DNA of 64,000 nt from the human T2T-CHM13v2.0 reference genome, Homo sapiens. Made by a program: the position numbers and the translations under genes. Position 1 is the first letter of the stretch. Every line of letters begins with the position of its first letter. Positions 28,009 to 44,709 of the stretch are shown in pieces. Below the pieces are notes generated by a model, which saw nothing but the letters and a program-made list of their open reading frames with translations, ran no database searches and was not told the DNA's origin. The stretch lies in NCBI RefSeq assembly GCF_009914755.1, contig NC_060925.1, one strand, 5' to 3'.

Positions 28009-29309
28009 GAGTGCTCTATCTTTCGTGTTTGTCAGCAGAAGAATCTGCCGAAATGACTTGGCAGCTAGGACAGAAGGAAGGTGACTGAAGTGATTGAAGG
28101 AAGGTGAACTTCTGAGGAGGCAATGTCCACATTTCTGAAAATGGGGCAATGGAGGCTTTGGGAGCCAACTGAACCTTTAATCTCCTCCCCCATCCCTGGC
28201 ATAGGCAGATTTTCAAAACTGCCGTCTGAAGTATAGGATACTTGCTATAGCGTCTTCATCTGACCTGTAACTTCAAAATAAATCCTGGCAAAGTGGCCCA
28301 TTCATCATTCATAAGGTACAGTTTCACCAGCTAGTTAACATTCCCTTCCCAGGTAGATGTGTGTGTAATTCATTCCAGTATTTAAGAGAGATCTCCCAGA
28401 ATTCTACTCAGATTTATTGTCAAATAACTGTTCGGTAAAACTGCGTCTTTTGCTGACTCAGGCCTGGCAGGAAAAGTTGCCACAAGCATGGAGCTCTGGC
28501 ATTGATTTGTGACTTCCCAGTGGGAGAACCTCAGGGGTGGAAGCCCACAGGCTTGATTGCCTTCTTAGATTAATATTTAATAGGATGACCGCCCCCATCT
28601 ACCTTGCCAGCCCGGATCAGTGCCACAAGTCAAGGCTTGGCCTTGCTGTGCACAAGCGCTGTGAGGAAGATTTGGCAAAATTTTAATTAACTGAAGATAA
28701 ACATACATAGGGAGCATGAGTCCATTAGCTGGCATCACCACCCAGAGAGAAAAGGCCTCACTAATCACATGCCACAGCAGGTGAAATGACCTGCAGACCT
28801 GCAGCCTCCATTTGCTTTCAAATTAAAAAACATATTTTTGAAATAAATACACATGGGGCCCTGCTCATCATGTCGTTTCCCCTGAAAAGCAGGAAATCTG
28901 GGTTGCTAGTGAGCAATGCTTTTAATATTTTAGCCCAAGAAAGCTGAAAACACAAGTGTAGCAAAACAAGGCTGGAATTGCCCTTCCTTTGGAGGAGGGA
29001 GGAAAGTTGGGACAGGAAACCAAGGAAAGGCAATCAGAAATGGAGGACTCAGTCCTGTGGAAAAATACAAATAATATAGTCAGCCTGGGAAGAAGTAACT
29101 GGATCTAGAAATCAGGCATGGCAGAGGTACCCATTTGCTCAGCGGCAAGGAATCCGCAAGGTTAGATCGTAGAATAAGTCTGTAATTCACCAACCTTTAG
29201 ATTGCAAGATGGCCAAGAAATAGGGATAGAGCTTGAGTTTACAATATTCTAGAAGGAAAATTTTATACAATTTGGTCAGAAAGTGGGTATTTCGTTTGCT
29301 CATTAGGCT

Positions 29310-29790
29310 ATATATTCATCACTTAATATGTAACAAGTGCCATTTCAGGTCTGGGGAGGTAGAAGTGAAGGAGACTTAACAAGTCTCTGTTGTCATGTGG
29401 CTTACTTTCTAGTAGGGGGAGGCAGACAACAAATACCCAAGAAAATATCAGGTAGCATTTAAGTCAGAGACCTGAATGGTGAGAAAGCGCTGGCCATGCA
29501 GAGATCAGGGGAGGGCATTCTGGGGAATAGAAAGTACAAAGGCCCTAAGGAAGGTAAGAGCTCAGCCTGTTGAAGGAATGAAGTGTGGCTGGCGCTCAGT
29601 GAGAAAGGAGATGAGGAGAAGAAAAGAATAGGTAGGGGCAAGGTTCAGGATATTGGGTTTTATTCCAAGTGCAATTATTCTTATGAAACTTGTCATTCCC
29701 ACTAGATTATAAGCTTCAAGAGGGCAGAGACTCTCTCTTACTCACTCAATACCTAGTTTGCATTCCAGGGCATCTACTAGCTGCCTTTTC
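29310..29790. mobile_element. L2 fragments (both orientations)
   Basis: ttctagtagggggaggcagacaa, aaaggccctaagg, actagattataagcttcaagagggcagagac. Confidence 0.6.
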
Positions 29791-29829
29791 TTTTTATTTG
29801 AGCCTGGTCTTCTTCTAGCCCTTCTATAG

Positions 29830-30331
29830 TATGGTGAGCCAGCCTCCAAGATGACTTCCAATGACCCTTGCCTCCTTTTGTAATCCCCTTTCACATTGAA
29901 TCAGGGCTGGACCTTTGTGGCCAGTAAAAGAGGGTAGAATTGATAGTGTATGATGTTCAAGGCTAAGTTATAAAAGTCATTCCAGCACCCATCTTGGTCT
30001 CTTGGATTTCTTGCCCTGGGGGAGGCCAGCTGCCATGGGAACACTCAAGCTGCAATGTGGAGAGGCCCACATGGAGAGGAACTGAGTCCCTGGACAATGG
30101 CCAGCAACCAATTTGCCATTCATGTGTATGAGCCACCTTGGAAGTGGATCCTCCTATCCTAGTAAAGCCTTCAGATGATTGTAGCCTCAGCTGACATATT
30201 ATTGCAAGCGTATGAGAGACCTTGAGCCAGAACTGCCCAGTGGAGACCTCCTTAAATTCCTGACCAGTGGAAACCATGAGAAATAGTAAATCATTATTTT
30301 AAGCCATCAAATTTTGGGTGATTTGTTACAC
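29830..30331 (+). mobile_element. MLT1E/F-type MaLR LTR
   Basis: gccagcctccaagatg...gagaggcccacatggagaggaactgag...ttttaagccatcaaattttgggtgatttgttaca. Confidence 0.8.
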
Positions 30332-30346
30332 ATCCTTAAGAACCCA

Positions 30347-30641
30347 GCCAGGCGCAGTGGCTCACGCCTGTAATCCCAGCGCTCTGGGAGGCAGAGGCGG
30401 GCGGATCACGAGGTCAGGAGATAGAGACCATCCTGGCTAACACAGTGAAACCCCATCTCTACTAAAAATACAAAAAATTAGCCGGGTGTGGTGGTGGGCG
30501 CCTGTAGTCCCAGCTACTCGGGAGGCTGAGGCAGGAGAATGGCATAGACCCGGGAGGCAGGCCTGCAGTGAGCCAAGATTGTGCCACTGCACTCCAGCCT
30601 GGGTGACAGAGCGAGACTCCATCTCAAAAAAAAAAAAAAAA
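30347..30641 (+). mobile_element. AluY/Sc
   Basis: ggatcacgaggtcaggagat, ctggctaacac, ggagaatggc; TSD aagaacccag. Confidence 0.95.
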
Positions 30642-30854
30642 AAGAACCCAGAACACATAGTATAAGGTCATGTATGAAGTAATGGGATAAAAGCATGACA
30701 ATGAGAAACTGCTTAAAGGGGATCCTCTTCATGTGGGACAGAAGATCAGAGAACTCCTAAGACAAGGGGCGGGCTCACATCATTCCTTGGGGACATCTAA
30801 GAGTCAGGACTGAATGAAAGATCATTGGTGAGGTCATTTAAAAATAAATGTGGC

Positions 30855-31365
30855 CCTTTCCCCTGGCTGGCAGCGCAGAGGCCGCAGGATGCCTGGAGTT
30901 ACTGTAAAAGATGTGGACCAGCAGGAGTTCGTCAGAGCTCTGGCAGCCTTTCTCAAAAAGTCTGGGCAGCTGAAAATCCCCAAATGGGTGGCCAAGCATA
31001 AAGAGCTTGCTCCCTGTTATGAGAACTGGTTCTACACACGAGCTGCTTCCACAGCGCGGCACCTGTACCTCTGGGGTTGGCTCCATGACCAAGATCGATG
31101 GGGGACATCAAAGATGGCATCATGCCCAGCCACTTCAGTCGAGGCTCCAAGAGTGTGGCCCGCCAGGTTCTCCAAGCCCTGGAGGGGCTGAAAATGGTGG
31201 AAAAGGGCCAAGATGGGGGCCACAAACTAATACCTCAGGGACAGAGAGATGTGGACAGAATCACCGGAGAGGTGGCAGCTGACAACAAGAAGCATTAGAA
31301 CAAACCATGCTAGGTTAATAAATTGCCTCGTTCGTAAAAATAAATAAAATAAAATAAAAATAAAT
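30855..31365 (+). pseudogene. Processed pseudogene of ribosomal protein S19 (eS19), full length
   Basis: 5'TOP-like ctttcccctggc; ATG 30889 [26 protein letters not shown]...; C-terminus ...VAADNKKH* ending 31298. Intronless, with a 15-nt in-frame deletion (DTVKL) and two frameshifts. aataaa ~31317, A-rich tail, TSD aaataaatgtgg (30842-30853, 31366-31377). Confidence 0.97.
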
Positions 31366-32622
31366 AAATAAATGTGGAGGGCAGAATTTATCCATTATTA
31401 TCTCTTGTGAAGCAGACAAAAGCCACAGTATTCAAAATATATTTATAAGAATCTAGAACCTGTGTAACTTCCCTAGGTTTGTTGTTTTTGTTGCCCTGGT
31501 CTAATTATCCAGGGTGAAAAGCTCTTGAATGTTTGTCTGGGGTAACAAAGAGAAGGGGGGAGGGTTTGGGAGGGAGGAATTGCCCCACTCCAAATCTGCC
31601 TCAGGGGGTAGCTACCAGAAGAGGAAAGTAGGCCTTGGAACTTGCTAAGGGAATCAAGTTGAAGACAGAGCCTGACTGGGCCTGAGACAGACCCCCGGGC
31701 TAAGAGTTGAAAGGCACAGTGTGTTGAATAAAGTGAGCCAGGTTCAATCGTTTCCTGAGGCACAGGCATATCCGCAGCCTTCCAAAGCAGCCTTCCAAAT
31801 CTGTCTTCTCCGGGAGAATCTTCCCCTCGTCAGAGCTGGTATCTCACAGGTGAAAATGTGAAGTAATCTCTAACAGCCCTGGGAGGTGAATGCCCAGCAA
31901 AGTATTTATCCTCAAACAACCCCCTCCTGGCACATTTGTCTGGCTATGTATTTCTGTAATTAATTGATGTTGTTCAGTTAAGATCTATTAAATTCTTGTC
32001 TGAAAATAAACGTCATCTGGAACTCCATGTGTTAAAACAATAAAAGCAGTGCTGTTCCAGTTAAGGTGGGAAAGGGAGAGGGGTGCTGAGTCCCGCTTCC
32101 CCTCAGCTTTGCCTCATCCACCCACCCCACTTAGCATCCCCAAGGCCTTTCCCAGGAGCCCTAGCATTCTGAAACTCATAGCTTGAAAAAAACAGATTGA
32201 GGATATTATAGCACCTGCTACATCGTTTTATAATAATCTGCTATTTGTGATTACTTATGCCACTGTTTTCTTCCACTACTGCAAATAAACAGATTCATCT
32301 TCTTCAGATACCATCTCATCATGTACTTAAGGCCTCTAGGAAGATTCTGGTTCTCAGAAGTTCAAGTCAGAGGGGCTTAAAGATGGCTGGTACTTGCCTC
32401 CTCCACAAAGAAGAACCTAAATAGTGAGTAGATAGTCACATTTCAAATAGGTCATCCAAAAAAAACACTGGAATTCATTGGAGAAGTGTCAGGAAACACC
32501 TAAGGCAAGGAATAAAAGGGAAGCAAGGCAGCCTGCTCAGCCAGGACCAGCTAGGAGTCTGTAGAGACTCCCCATTGTGGGGAAAAGGGAAGTGAGAGAT
32601 GCCTCGTGGTCCACATTCTCAC

Positions 32623-32674
32623 CGTGGACTCCTGCAGTCCCAGCCATGCGTGGACTCCTGCAGTCCTAGCCATG
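32623..32674. repeat. 26-bp tandem duplication in the L1 5'UTR
   Basis: cgtggactcctgcagtcc(c/t)agccatg x2. Confidence 0.9.
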
Positions 32675-34729
32675 GTAGAGCCCCTGACCCACAGGGGCCC
32701 TGAGACGAAAACAGAGAGCTTCCTGGAGACCACACAATGGCACTGCCCCAGAGAGGGAGTTCACACTGGATCCCACACATCCCCAAGGCATCAGCAGCTC
32801 CTGTGCAAGGTGCTATTTTGAGAGCCCAACACCATGCGAACGGCACTCTCCCTGGGACCCAGCAGTGCCTGCATCTCCATGGCCCTGGCGCCCACTGAGA
32901 TTCCCCACCTGCAGCTACCACCACAGCTGGCTGCTGCCACTGAGGCTGAAGTGCAGGCCACTAACCCCACTCCCTCCAGAAGCAGAGCCACTGCACATTT
33001 TCACACACCCAGACAGAATCCTCTGCACATAGCTGTTGTTACTATGCTGCTGGGGCTACAGTGTGAGTGAAAGGGCTGCTGCCATTAGGTCTGAAGCATA
33101 AACCAAGCTCGCCTACATATAACTGCTGCCACTGAAAGCAACTTCACCCTCTCCAGGAGCAGGGCCATAATGCAGTTTCTGCTGCCACAACCCTAAGCAT
33201 TCTGCTGGGGGCCTGGGGATCACTCTGTTTCTGCCTACCACAGCCAGTGCCAGTATGCACCATTGTTGTGGGGAGCTGACTACAAGCCTGCTCAGGCTGG
33301 CTTTCCCATAATCCATGCCAGAGCATATAGTCTGTGGGCCTGAGGTTCATCCAGCCCAGTCCACTAGTGTCAGCACCTGAAAACTCCTCCTGGGGGCCTG
33401 AGGTTGGCCCCACCCACCCTTCCACTACCACCGCAGCTGGCACCTACTTGCACACAACACCTGCAGACCTGGAGACTAGATGGCCTAGCCCATTGCAGCC
33501 ACTGCCAACACCACTGCATACTGCTTGGGACCCAGAGAATTGTCTCACCACTGCCACTGCCATCACTCACAACATGCCTACTGTCCAGGTTCCTGAGAAG
33601 CTGCCCACCTGCCAGCCAACCACTGCCACCAGCATATGAACAAGCCACCTGGAAGCCCAAGAATCAGCATGCTTGGACCCGCTAACACTGGTGCCAGCAT
33701 ATGCCACCCTCGGGCTTAAGGACAGACACACTCAGCCTACCACTGTCACCATTAGGTCCCAAAGACTGGCCCACCTGGTGTCCCAGTCCCCAGCAATACT
33801 TCACCACAGCCTCCACTAATGACCTCATCCTAAGCCATTGAAGAAATCACAGACATCACTAACACTGCCTATAGCCATAGAAATCATACAGAGACTACAT
33901 TACTGTACACACCCAGAATCAAGGCCAAAGTTTCCTACACAAACAATACCATAGATACATCTTCAGGAAAAAGTCCTCCCCTATGAAAGCAAATTCAAAA
34001 ACTGGAAGAAGCAACTGTTACACCAAATGCACAGATGTCAATATAAGTACACAGGAAACATGAAACAGCAAGAAAGTATGACACTTCCAAAGGAACATAA
34101 TAATTCTCCAGTAACATATCTAAGTAAAAAAAGAAATTTATAAAATCCTAAAAAAAGAATTCAAAATATTGATTTTTAAAGAGGCTCAGTGAGATACAAG
34201 AGAATCCTGAAAAATACAAAGAAATCAGAAAAACAATTCAAGGTATGAATGAGAAATTTACCAAAGAGATAGTTATCATAAAAAGAATCAACCAGAAATT
34301 ATGAAACTACAGAATTCATTGAATGAAATAGAAACTACAGTTGAAAACTTCAACAATAGACTACATCAAGGAGAAGAAAAGAGCTTCAAATTTGAAGACA
34401 GGTCTTTTGAAATAAACCAGTCAGACAAAAATAAAGAAAAAATAATTTTAAAACATGAGCAAAGCTTATGTGACTATTAGGACACCATAAGGTGACCAAA
34501 TATTCAAAATTTCAGAGTCCTAGAAGGTGAAGACAAAATGAAAGTTATTTAACAAAATAATAGATGAAAACTGTCCAAGTCTAGCAAGAAAGCTAAACAT
34601 CCAGATACAAGAGGCTGAAAAATTCCCAAATAGATACAATGCAAAAAGGTATTCTCCACAGCACATTACAGTTAAACTGTCAAAAGTCAAAGACAAAGAG
34701 TTCTAAAAACAGCAAAAGCATCTAGCACT

Positions 34730-35532
<803 letters not shown>

Positions 35533-37303
35533 GTCACTTATAAAGGAACTCCCATCAGACTAACAGCAGATTTTTGGCAAAAACCTTACAGTCCAGGAGA
35601 GAATGGGATGATATATTTAAAGTGCTGAAAGAAAAAAAAATGGTCAGTGAAGGATACTATAACCAGCACAGTTATCCTTCATTAGTGAATGAGAAATAAA
35701 GCCTTTCCCAGACAAGCAAAAGTTTAGGGAATTCATCACAACTAGATCAGTCATACAAGAAATGCTTAAGAAATTCTACACTCAGTAGTGAAAGAAATAT
35801 ATCTACCATCATGAAAACACATACAGATATAAAACCCACAGATAGAGTAAACTCAAAAACAAGAAAAATACTCAAACATTATCACTATGGAAAACCACCA
35901 AACCACAGTGATAAACAATAAAAGAGAAATAAAGGAACAAAGGATACAAAAAATAACCAGAAATATATTAATAAAATGACAGAAATAAGTCCCCACATAT
36001 CAATAATAACCTTGAATGTAAATGAATTAAACTTTCCACTGAAAAGATATAGACTAACTGAATGGAGAAAAAAACATGACCCAACTAAATGCTGCCTAAA
36101 AGAAATTCATCTCACACATAGACACATGTAGACTAAAAGTAAAGGAATGAAAAAAGATATCCTATACAAATGGAAACCAAAAGTGAGCAGAAGTAGCTAT
36201 ACTTACATCAGATAAAACAGACTTTAAGTCAAAAACAGTTAATAAAGACAAAGAAGATCACTATATAATAATAAAGGGATCAGTTAAGCAAGAAGATATA
36301 TAACAATTCTAAACATATATGCACCCAACACTGGAGCACCCAGATATAAAAGCAAACATTAGATTTAAAGGGAGAGATAGATTCCAATACAATGATAGTC
36401 GGGGATTTCAACACTTCATTCTCAGCATTAAACAGATCATCTAGACAGACAATTAACAGAAAAAAAAATAATTTAAACTACATACTAGACCAAATGGACT
36501 GCCAGATATTTACAGAACATTTCCCCCAATAGCTACAGAATACATATTCTTCTCATCAGCACACAGAACATTCTTTCAGGATACATGATATATTAAGACA
36601 CAAAACAAGTATCGAAAAATTTTTAAACATTAAAATTATATGAAGTGTCTTCTCAGACCACAGTGGAATAAAAGTAGAAATTAATAACAAGAGGAACTTT
36701 GGAAACTGAACAAATACATGGAAATTAAACAATATGCCCCTGAATGACAACTGGGCCAGGGAAGAAATAAAAAAATTTCTTGAAACAAATGAAAATAGAA
36801 ACACACACAATATACCAAAACCTGTGGGATACAGCAAAAGCAATGCTAAGAGGGAAGTTCATAGCAAATAAGTGCCTACAGCAAATAAGTAGAAAGATTT
36901 CAAATAAACAATTTTATGATGCACCTCAAGGAACTAGAAAAGCAAGGACAAACCAAATCCAAAATTAGTAGAAGGAAATAAATAATAAAGATCAAAGCAG
37001 AACTAAACACAATAGAGACTAAAAAGAAAAAAAAACCCAAAACACCAAAGGATCAATGAAACAAAAGTTGTGTTTTTTAAAATATAAACAAAATTGATAA
37101 ATCACTTGCTGGACTGAGAAAAAAGACAGAAGACCCAAATAAACAAAATCAGAAATGAAAAAGAAGACATTACAACTGATAAGACAGAAATACAAAAGAT
37201 AATCAGAGACTTTATGAATAATGATACACTATCAAACTGGAAAAGCGAGAGTAAATGGACATATTCCTGGGACACATATAGCCTACCGAGATTGAATCAG
37301 AAA

Positions 37304-38067
<764 letters not shown>

Positions 38068-41000
38068 GGAAGAAATAGAAAATCCTGAAAAGATTAATAA
38101 CAAGTAATGAAGTCAAAGCAGTAATCAAAACTCTCCCAACAAAAGAAAAAGCTCTGGACTAAATGACTTCACTGCTGAATTCTACTAAACTTTAGAAAAG
38201 AAATTAACACCAATTCTCCAAACTATTTCAGAAAATTGAAAAGGAGAAGCCTCTCCCAACTAATTCTATGAATCCAGCATTACCCCGTTACCAAAACCAG
38301 ACAAAGATGAAACAAAATAAATAAAGAAAGAAAGGAAACTCTGGGCCACTATATCTGATGAATACAGATGCAAAAATCCTCAACAAAACATTAGCAAATT
38401 GAATCCAAAAGCGCATTTTAAAAACCCACTATAACAAAGTGGGATTTATCCCAGGCATGCAAGTATGGTTCAACAAATGCAAATCAATAAATGTGATACA
38501 TCACATCAACAGAGTGAAGGACAAAAGCCATATGATCATCTCAATAGATACAGAAAAAGCATTTGATAAAAATTCAACATCCTTTCATGATAAAAGCTCT
38601 CAACAAAACAGGCACAGAAGGAACATGCCACAACAAATTAAAGGCCGTATATGACAAACTCACAGCTAACATTATACAGAATGGGGAAAAGCTGAAGGCC
38701 TTTCCTCTAGGAACTGGAACAAGACAAAGATGCCCACTCTCACCACTCCTATTCAGCATAGGAGTGAAAGTCCTAGCCAGAGCAATCAGGCAAGAGAAAG
38801 AAATAAAAGGCACCCAAATTGGAAAAGGGAAGTCAAATTGTCCTTCTTTTCTAAAGCTATGATCTTATACCTAGAAAAACATAAAGACTCCATCAAAAAA
38901 CTCTTAGATATGATAAATCAGTAAAGTTGCAGGATACAAAATCAACACACAAGAATCAGCAGCATTTCTATACAACATTAATGAACTAGCCAAGGAAGAA
39001 ATCAAGAAGGCAATTCTATTTATGATAGCTACAAAAATAAATTTAAAAAAAATACCTAGAAATACATTTAACCAAGAAAGCGAAAGATCTCTACGAGGAA
39101 AACTACAAAATACTGATGAAAGAAATTGAAAAGGATTGAGAAGAACAAGATAGCTGACTAGATGCAGCCAGGAAATGCCTCTCCCACTGAGAGAAACCAA
39201 AAATTGACTAATCCAACACATTTCAAACAGATCTTTTGAGAGAAAATACAGAAAGTCAATAGAGAGGCAACACCGACAATAAGGTTGAACAGGGTGGAAG
39301 CTGGGAATACTTCATAGAGTTGCTGAGCACCAGGACCAGCTCCTGGCCCTAAGCAGGTCCTAAGGAAGAGATTCAGCTACAAGAGATCCCATGACCCCCA
39401 TAGACATTTTAATTTGCAGGGGAACTGCCTGGAAAGTAGGCAGAGGCAGAACTCGAACCTGTGCTAAGCCCAAAAGGTTTTGCATGGGGGACAACTGCAG
39501 CAAAATGTGACCATAGGTGTCCATCCTCCAAGGCTCTCCATTTTGCTCTGAGTGACTCTAGCCCTTGCTGACTGCCAGGCTGGGAGAGAGCAGAGCTGTC
39601 TTTCCTGCAGTACTAGGGTGCATCTGATCTGCACACCCCCCTATCCACTGGCTCCTCCTAAGGCCCCTGCCTGGCTGCTTGTGCAAGAGCGTGCACACAC
39701 TTGCCCCACCTGATTGCTTTGCTGGTGGCCTGGGAAAGATTCAGCCTCCCCCATTCCTCAGCACAGCCAGTGCTCAACCCCAAGGGGCCAAAGGACAAAG
39801 CCATGGGGCAGGTCCCAACTCCCCAGGGTTTGAGCACATAGCTCAGGGGTATCGAGCTCAGATCTGTGGCCTGAGCTCAAGCAGGTGAGGAGCCCCCACT
39901 CTCAGAACACCTCAGAAGAGTGAGGTGCAGGTTCATGTACTAGTGTGGGATTTGGGCATGCCTCCCTCCACAAAAATCAGTCTGGGAAGGGTGTACCCTG
40001 TTTAACAGCCCACAGCCTCTGCCCAAGGGAGCCCCTAAGCCCAGAACACCTAACACCCCAGCAATCTGGGCACAGAAGGCTTGGAACAAAACTAGCTGTT
40101 TGGGCCTGCTACGGGGGCAGACACCGGAAGGAGATTCAGTCAGGGGAGCACAAGCTGGGTAGTCCCCACAGTTTTCTGCTGAGCAAAACCCCCCAGTCAT
40201 GAGTCATGGGTGCTGCACCAGCTGTGCACCCATGACAACACTGCCCTGAGGATCCTCCAATCTTGACCCACTGCATCTACAGACCATCCGCAGACATACT
40301 CCATAACTCACTCTGACTATGTCAAACACAGAGGACCAGTGGATCTCAGGGGAGCTGTGGGTCTCCTGACAACCTAACCATTGACTCTGGCCACCCAAGG
40401 GAGGTGGGAGTGTAGCCTCCCAGGGGCCCTTTTGGGGCTAAGGAAATGCAGGCATGATGCCAATGATTAGAGGGTGCTCCTCCAAGGCCTAGGAGCAAAC
40501 TTGGGGTCGTCTCTCACGCCCGACATCTCTCCCTCCACAAAGCACTGCTGTGAATGCCCTGAAATATAAAAGAGGCACATAGCTGAGTGACAGCCTATTT
40601 GCTGGCCCTTACTCTTAAGCTCCATCTACTGGAATGCAGCCTGAATTATACCACCAATCAAAAATTCCTTTAGCATACATTGACTATGAAACCCAGTACA
40701 GGAATCTAGTCACAACTCAATAACCCATACAGAGCCTTGGCCCTCTGAAAACACTCAGAAATGAAGCCAATCAACTATACACAATACACACCACAGTCAA
40801 AGCCTCAAGAGAACAAAAGCATATAAAAACAAAAAGCCCCATCCAAATAACAGCAACTTCAAAAGGATAAACACCAGCTCTCTCAGATAAGGAAAAATCA
40901 ACACAAGAACTCCAGCAATCAAGAAGAAGGAGTGTTTCCTTACCTCCAAATGGTTGCACTGGCTCCCCAGCAATGAACCCTACCCAGATTGAAATGTGGC

Positions 41001-41563
41001 TGAATTGACAGATACAGAATTCAGAACCTGGATGGCAAAGAAACTCAGTGGTACTCAGGAGAAAGTTGAAACCCAATCCAATGAAGCCAATAAAGTGATA
41101 CAAGAGTTGAAATAGCCATTTTAAGAAAGAACCAAACTGAACTTCTGGAATAGAAAAATTCACTATAGGAATTTCAAAATTCAGCTAGAGGCATGAACAA
41201 CAGATTAGACCAAGCTGAGGAAAGAATCTCAGAGCTTGAGGACCAGTGCTTTGGATCAACCCAGTCAGACAAAAATAAAGCAAAAATAATTTTACAAAAT
41301 GAACAAAACAACTGAGAAACGTCAGATTATGTAAAGAGACCAAACCTACAACTCATTGGCATTTCTGAGAGAGAAAAAGAGAGAATAAGCAACTCAGAAA
41401 ACGTTTGAGGATACGGTCCATGAAAATTTCTCTCCCCAACCTTGCTAGAGAGGTTGACATGAACTTCAAGAAATTCAGAGAACCCCTGTGAAATACTATG
41501 CAAGATGACCATCCCTAAGACACATAGTCATTGTACCTTCCAATGTGAAAGAAAAATACCTTA

Positions 41564-41877
<314 letters not shown>

Positions 41878-44413
41878 CTATAGAGAAGGGGCAGATCATG
41901 TACAAAAGGGAATGCTAACAGGCTAACAGCGAACTTCTCAGCAGAAACCTTGCAAGTCAAAAGAAATTGGGGGATTATTTTCAGCATCCTTAAAGAAAAG
42001 AAATTCCCATCAAGAATTTTATATTCTGCCAATCTAAGCTTCATAAGCAAAGGAGAAATAAAATCTTTTCCAGAGAAGCAAACATTAAAGGAATTTTAGG
42101 TCTTTAAGGGAGTTCTAAACAAGGAAATGAAAGAATGATACCTACTACCACAAAGCACACTTAAAGACATAGCCCATAGACCCTATAAAGCAATTAACTA
42201 CACAATCAAGTTTACCAAACAACAGCTAACAGCATGATGACAGGATCAAAACCTCAAATATCAATATTAATATTGAATGTAAATGGTCTAAACACCCCAC
42301 TTAAAAGGCACGGAGTGGCAAGTTGGATAAAAAAATAAGACTCAACTGTCTGCTCTTTTCAAGAGGGTGTCTCACATGTAATGACACCCGCAGGATCAAA
42401 GTAAAGGGATCTATCACGCAAACAGAAAACAAAAAATAACAGGGGTCATTATTCTTATATCATATAAAACAGACTTTAAATCAACGACAGTTAAAGAGAC
42501 AAAGAAGGGCATTACATAATGATAAAAAGTTTAATTCAACAAGAAAACTTAACTATCCTCAGTGTATATGCACCCAACATTGGAGCACCCAGATTCATAA
42601 AACAAGTACTTCTAAACCTACAAAAAGACTTAGACAGTCAGATAATAATGGTGGGGGACTTCTACACCCCAATGACAGTATTAGACAGATCACTGAAGTA
42701 GAAAACTAACAAAGAAATTCTGGATTTAAACTCAACTCTTGATCAATTGGACCTAACAGACATCTATAGAATACTCCACCAACAACCATAGAATATACAT
42801 TCTCCTCATATGCACATCAGCCATACTCTAAGACTGACCACATGGTCAGCCATAAAGCAAGTCTCAATAAATTTTAAGAAATGTAAATCATACCGAGCAT
42901 ACTCTCAAACCATGGTAGAATAAAAATAGAACTCAATACCAAGAAGATATCTCAGAACCACACAACCACATGGAAATTAAACAACTTACTCCTGAATGAC
43001 AGATAATGAAATCAAGGCAGAAATAAAAAAATTCTTTGAAATTAATAAAAACAGAGACATAACACACCAAAGTCACTGAGATGCAGTAAAAGTAGCATTA
43101 AAAGGAAAGTTTATAGCACTAAATGACTACATCAAGAAGTTAGAAAGATCTCAGGTTAACAGTCTAATATTGTACCTAGAGGAACTAGAAAACAAGAACA
43201 AACTAACCCCAAAGCAAACAGAAGAAAAGACAGAACTAAATCAGAGCAGAACTGAATGAAACTGAGGTGAAAAAAATTCATACAAAGGACCAACAAAACC
43301 AAAAGTTTGTTTTTTGAAAGGATAAACAAGATTGATAGACCACCAGCTAGATTAACAATGAAAAAAAAGAGACAAGATTAAAAAAAGGAAAATCAGAAAT
43401 TACAAAGATGACATTACAACCAATCCCACAGAAATACAAAAGATCTTCAGAGACTATTTGAACACCTCTATGCAAACAATCTAGAAAATATAGAAGAAAT
43501 GAATAAATTCCTGGAAATACACAACCTCCCAAGATTGAACCAGGAAGAAACTGGAACAGGCCGATATTGAGTTCCAAAATTGAAGCAGTAATAAAAACCT
43601 ACCAACCAAAAAAAGCCCTGCACCAGATGGATTCACAGCTGAATTCTACCAGACATACAAAGAAGAGCTGGTACCAATCCTACAGAAACTATTCCAAAAA
43701 ATCAAGGAGGAGGGACTCCTCCCTAACTCATTCTATGAAGCCAGCATCATCCTGATACCAAAATCTGGCAATGACACAATGAGAAAATAAAACTACAGGC
43801 CAATATCCCTGAGGAACATAGATTCAAAAATCCTTAACAAAATACTAGCAAACCGAATCCAGCAGCACATCAAAAAGTTAATTCACCACAATCAAATAGG
43901 TTTTATTCCTGGGATGCAAGTTTGGTTCAATATACACAAATCAATAAATGTGATCCACCACATAAACAGAATTAAAAACAAAAACCATATGATCATCTCA
44001 ATGGACACAAAAAGCTTTTGATAAGATCCAGCACCCTTTTATGATAAAAACTCTCAACAAACTAGGCACTGAAGGAACACACCACAAGATAATAAGAGCC
44101 ATTTATGACAAACCCATGGCCAACATCATACTGAATGCACAAAAGCTGGAAGCATTCCCCTTGAGAACTGGAACAAGACAAAGATGCCCACTCTCACCAC
44201 ATAGTACTGAAAGTCCTAACCAGACCAATCACGCAAGAGAAAGAAATAAAAGGCATCCAACTAGGAAAAGAAATCCAACCCATCTCTCTTTACCGATGAT
44301 ATGATCTTATACCTAGAAAACCCTAAAGGCTCCACCAAAAGGCTCCTAGAACTAATAAACCTCTTCAGTAAAGTTTTAGGATACTTTAAATCAATGTACA
44401 AAAAAAATCAGTA

Positions 44414-44709
44414 TTATTATTATTTTTTTGATGGAGTCTCACTCTGTCACCCAGGCTGGAGTGCAGTGGTGTGATCTCGGCTTACTGCAAACTCTGCCCC
44501 CCAGGTTCAGGTGATCCTCCTGCCTCAGCCTCCTGAGAAACTGAGATTAAAGGTGCCCACCACCATGCCCAGCTAATTTTTGTATTTTTTGTAGAGACAG
44601 GGTTTCGCCATGTTGGTCAAGCTGGTCTCAAACTCCTGACCTCAAGTGATTCACCCATCTTGGCCTCCTGAAGTGCTGAGATTACAGGCGTGAGCCACTG
44701 CACCTGGCC
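44414..44709 (-). mobile_element. Alu (AluS) inside the inner L1
   Basis: TSD aaaaatcagta. Confidence 0.95.

Noticed and set aside
30850-31298. Functional RPS19 retrogene
   Set aside because: Two frameshifts and loss of five conserved residues; the protein is spread over three reading frames.
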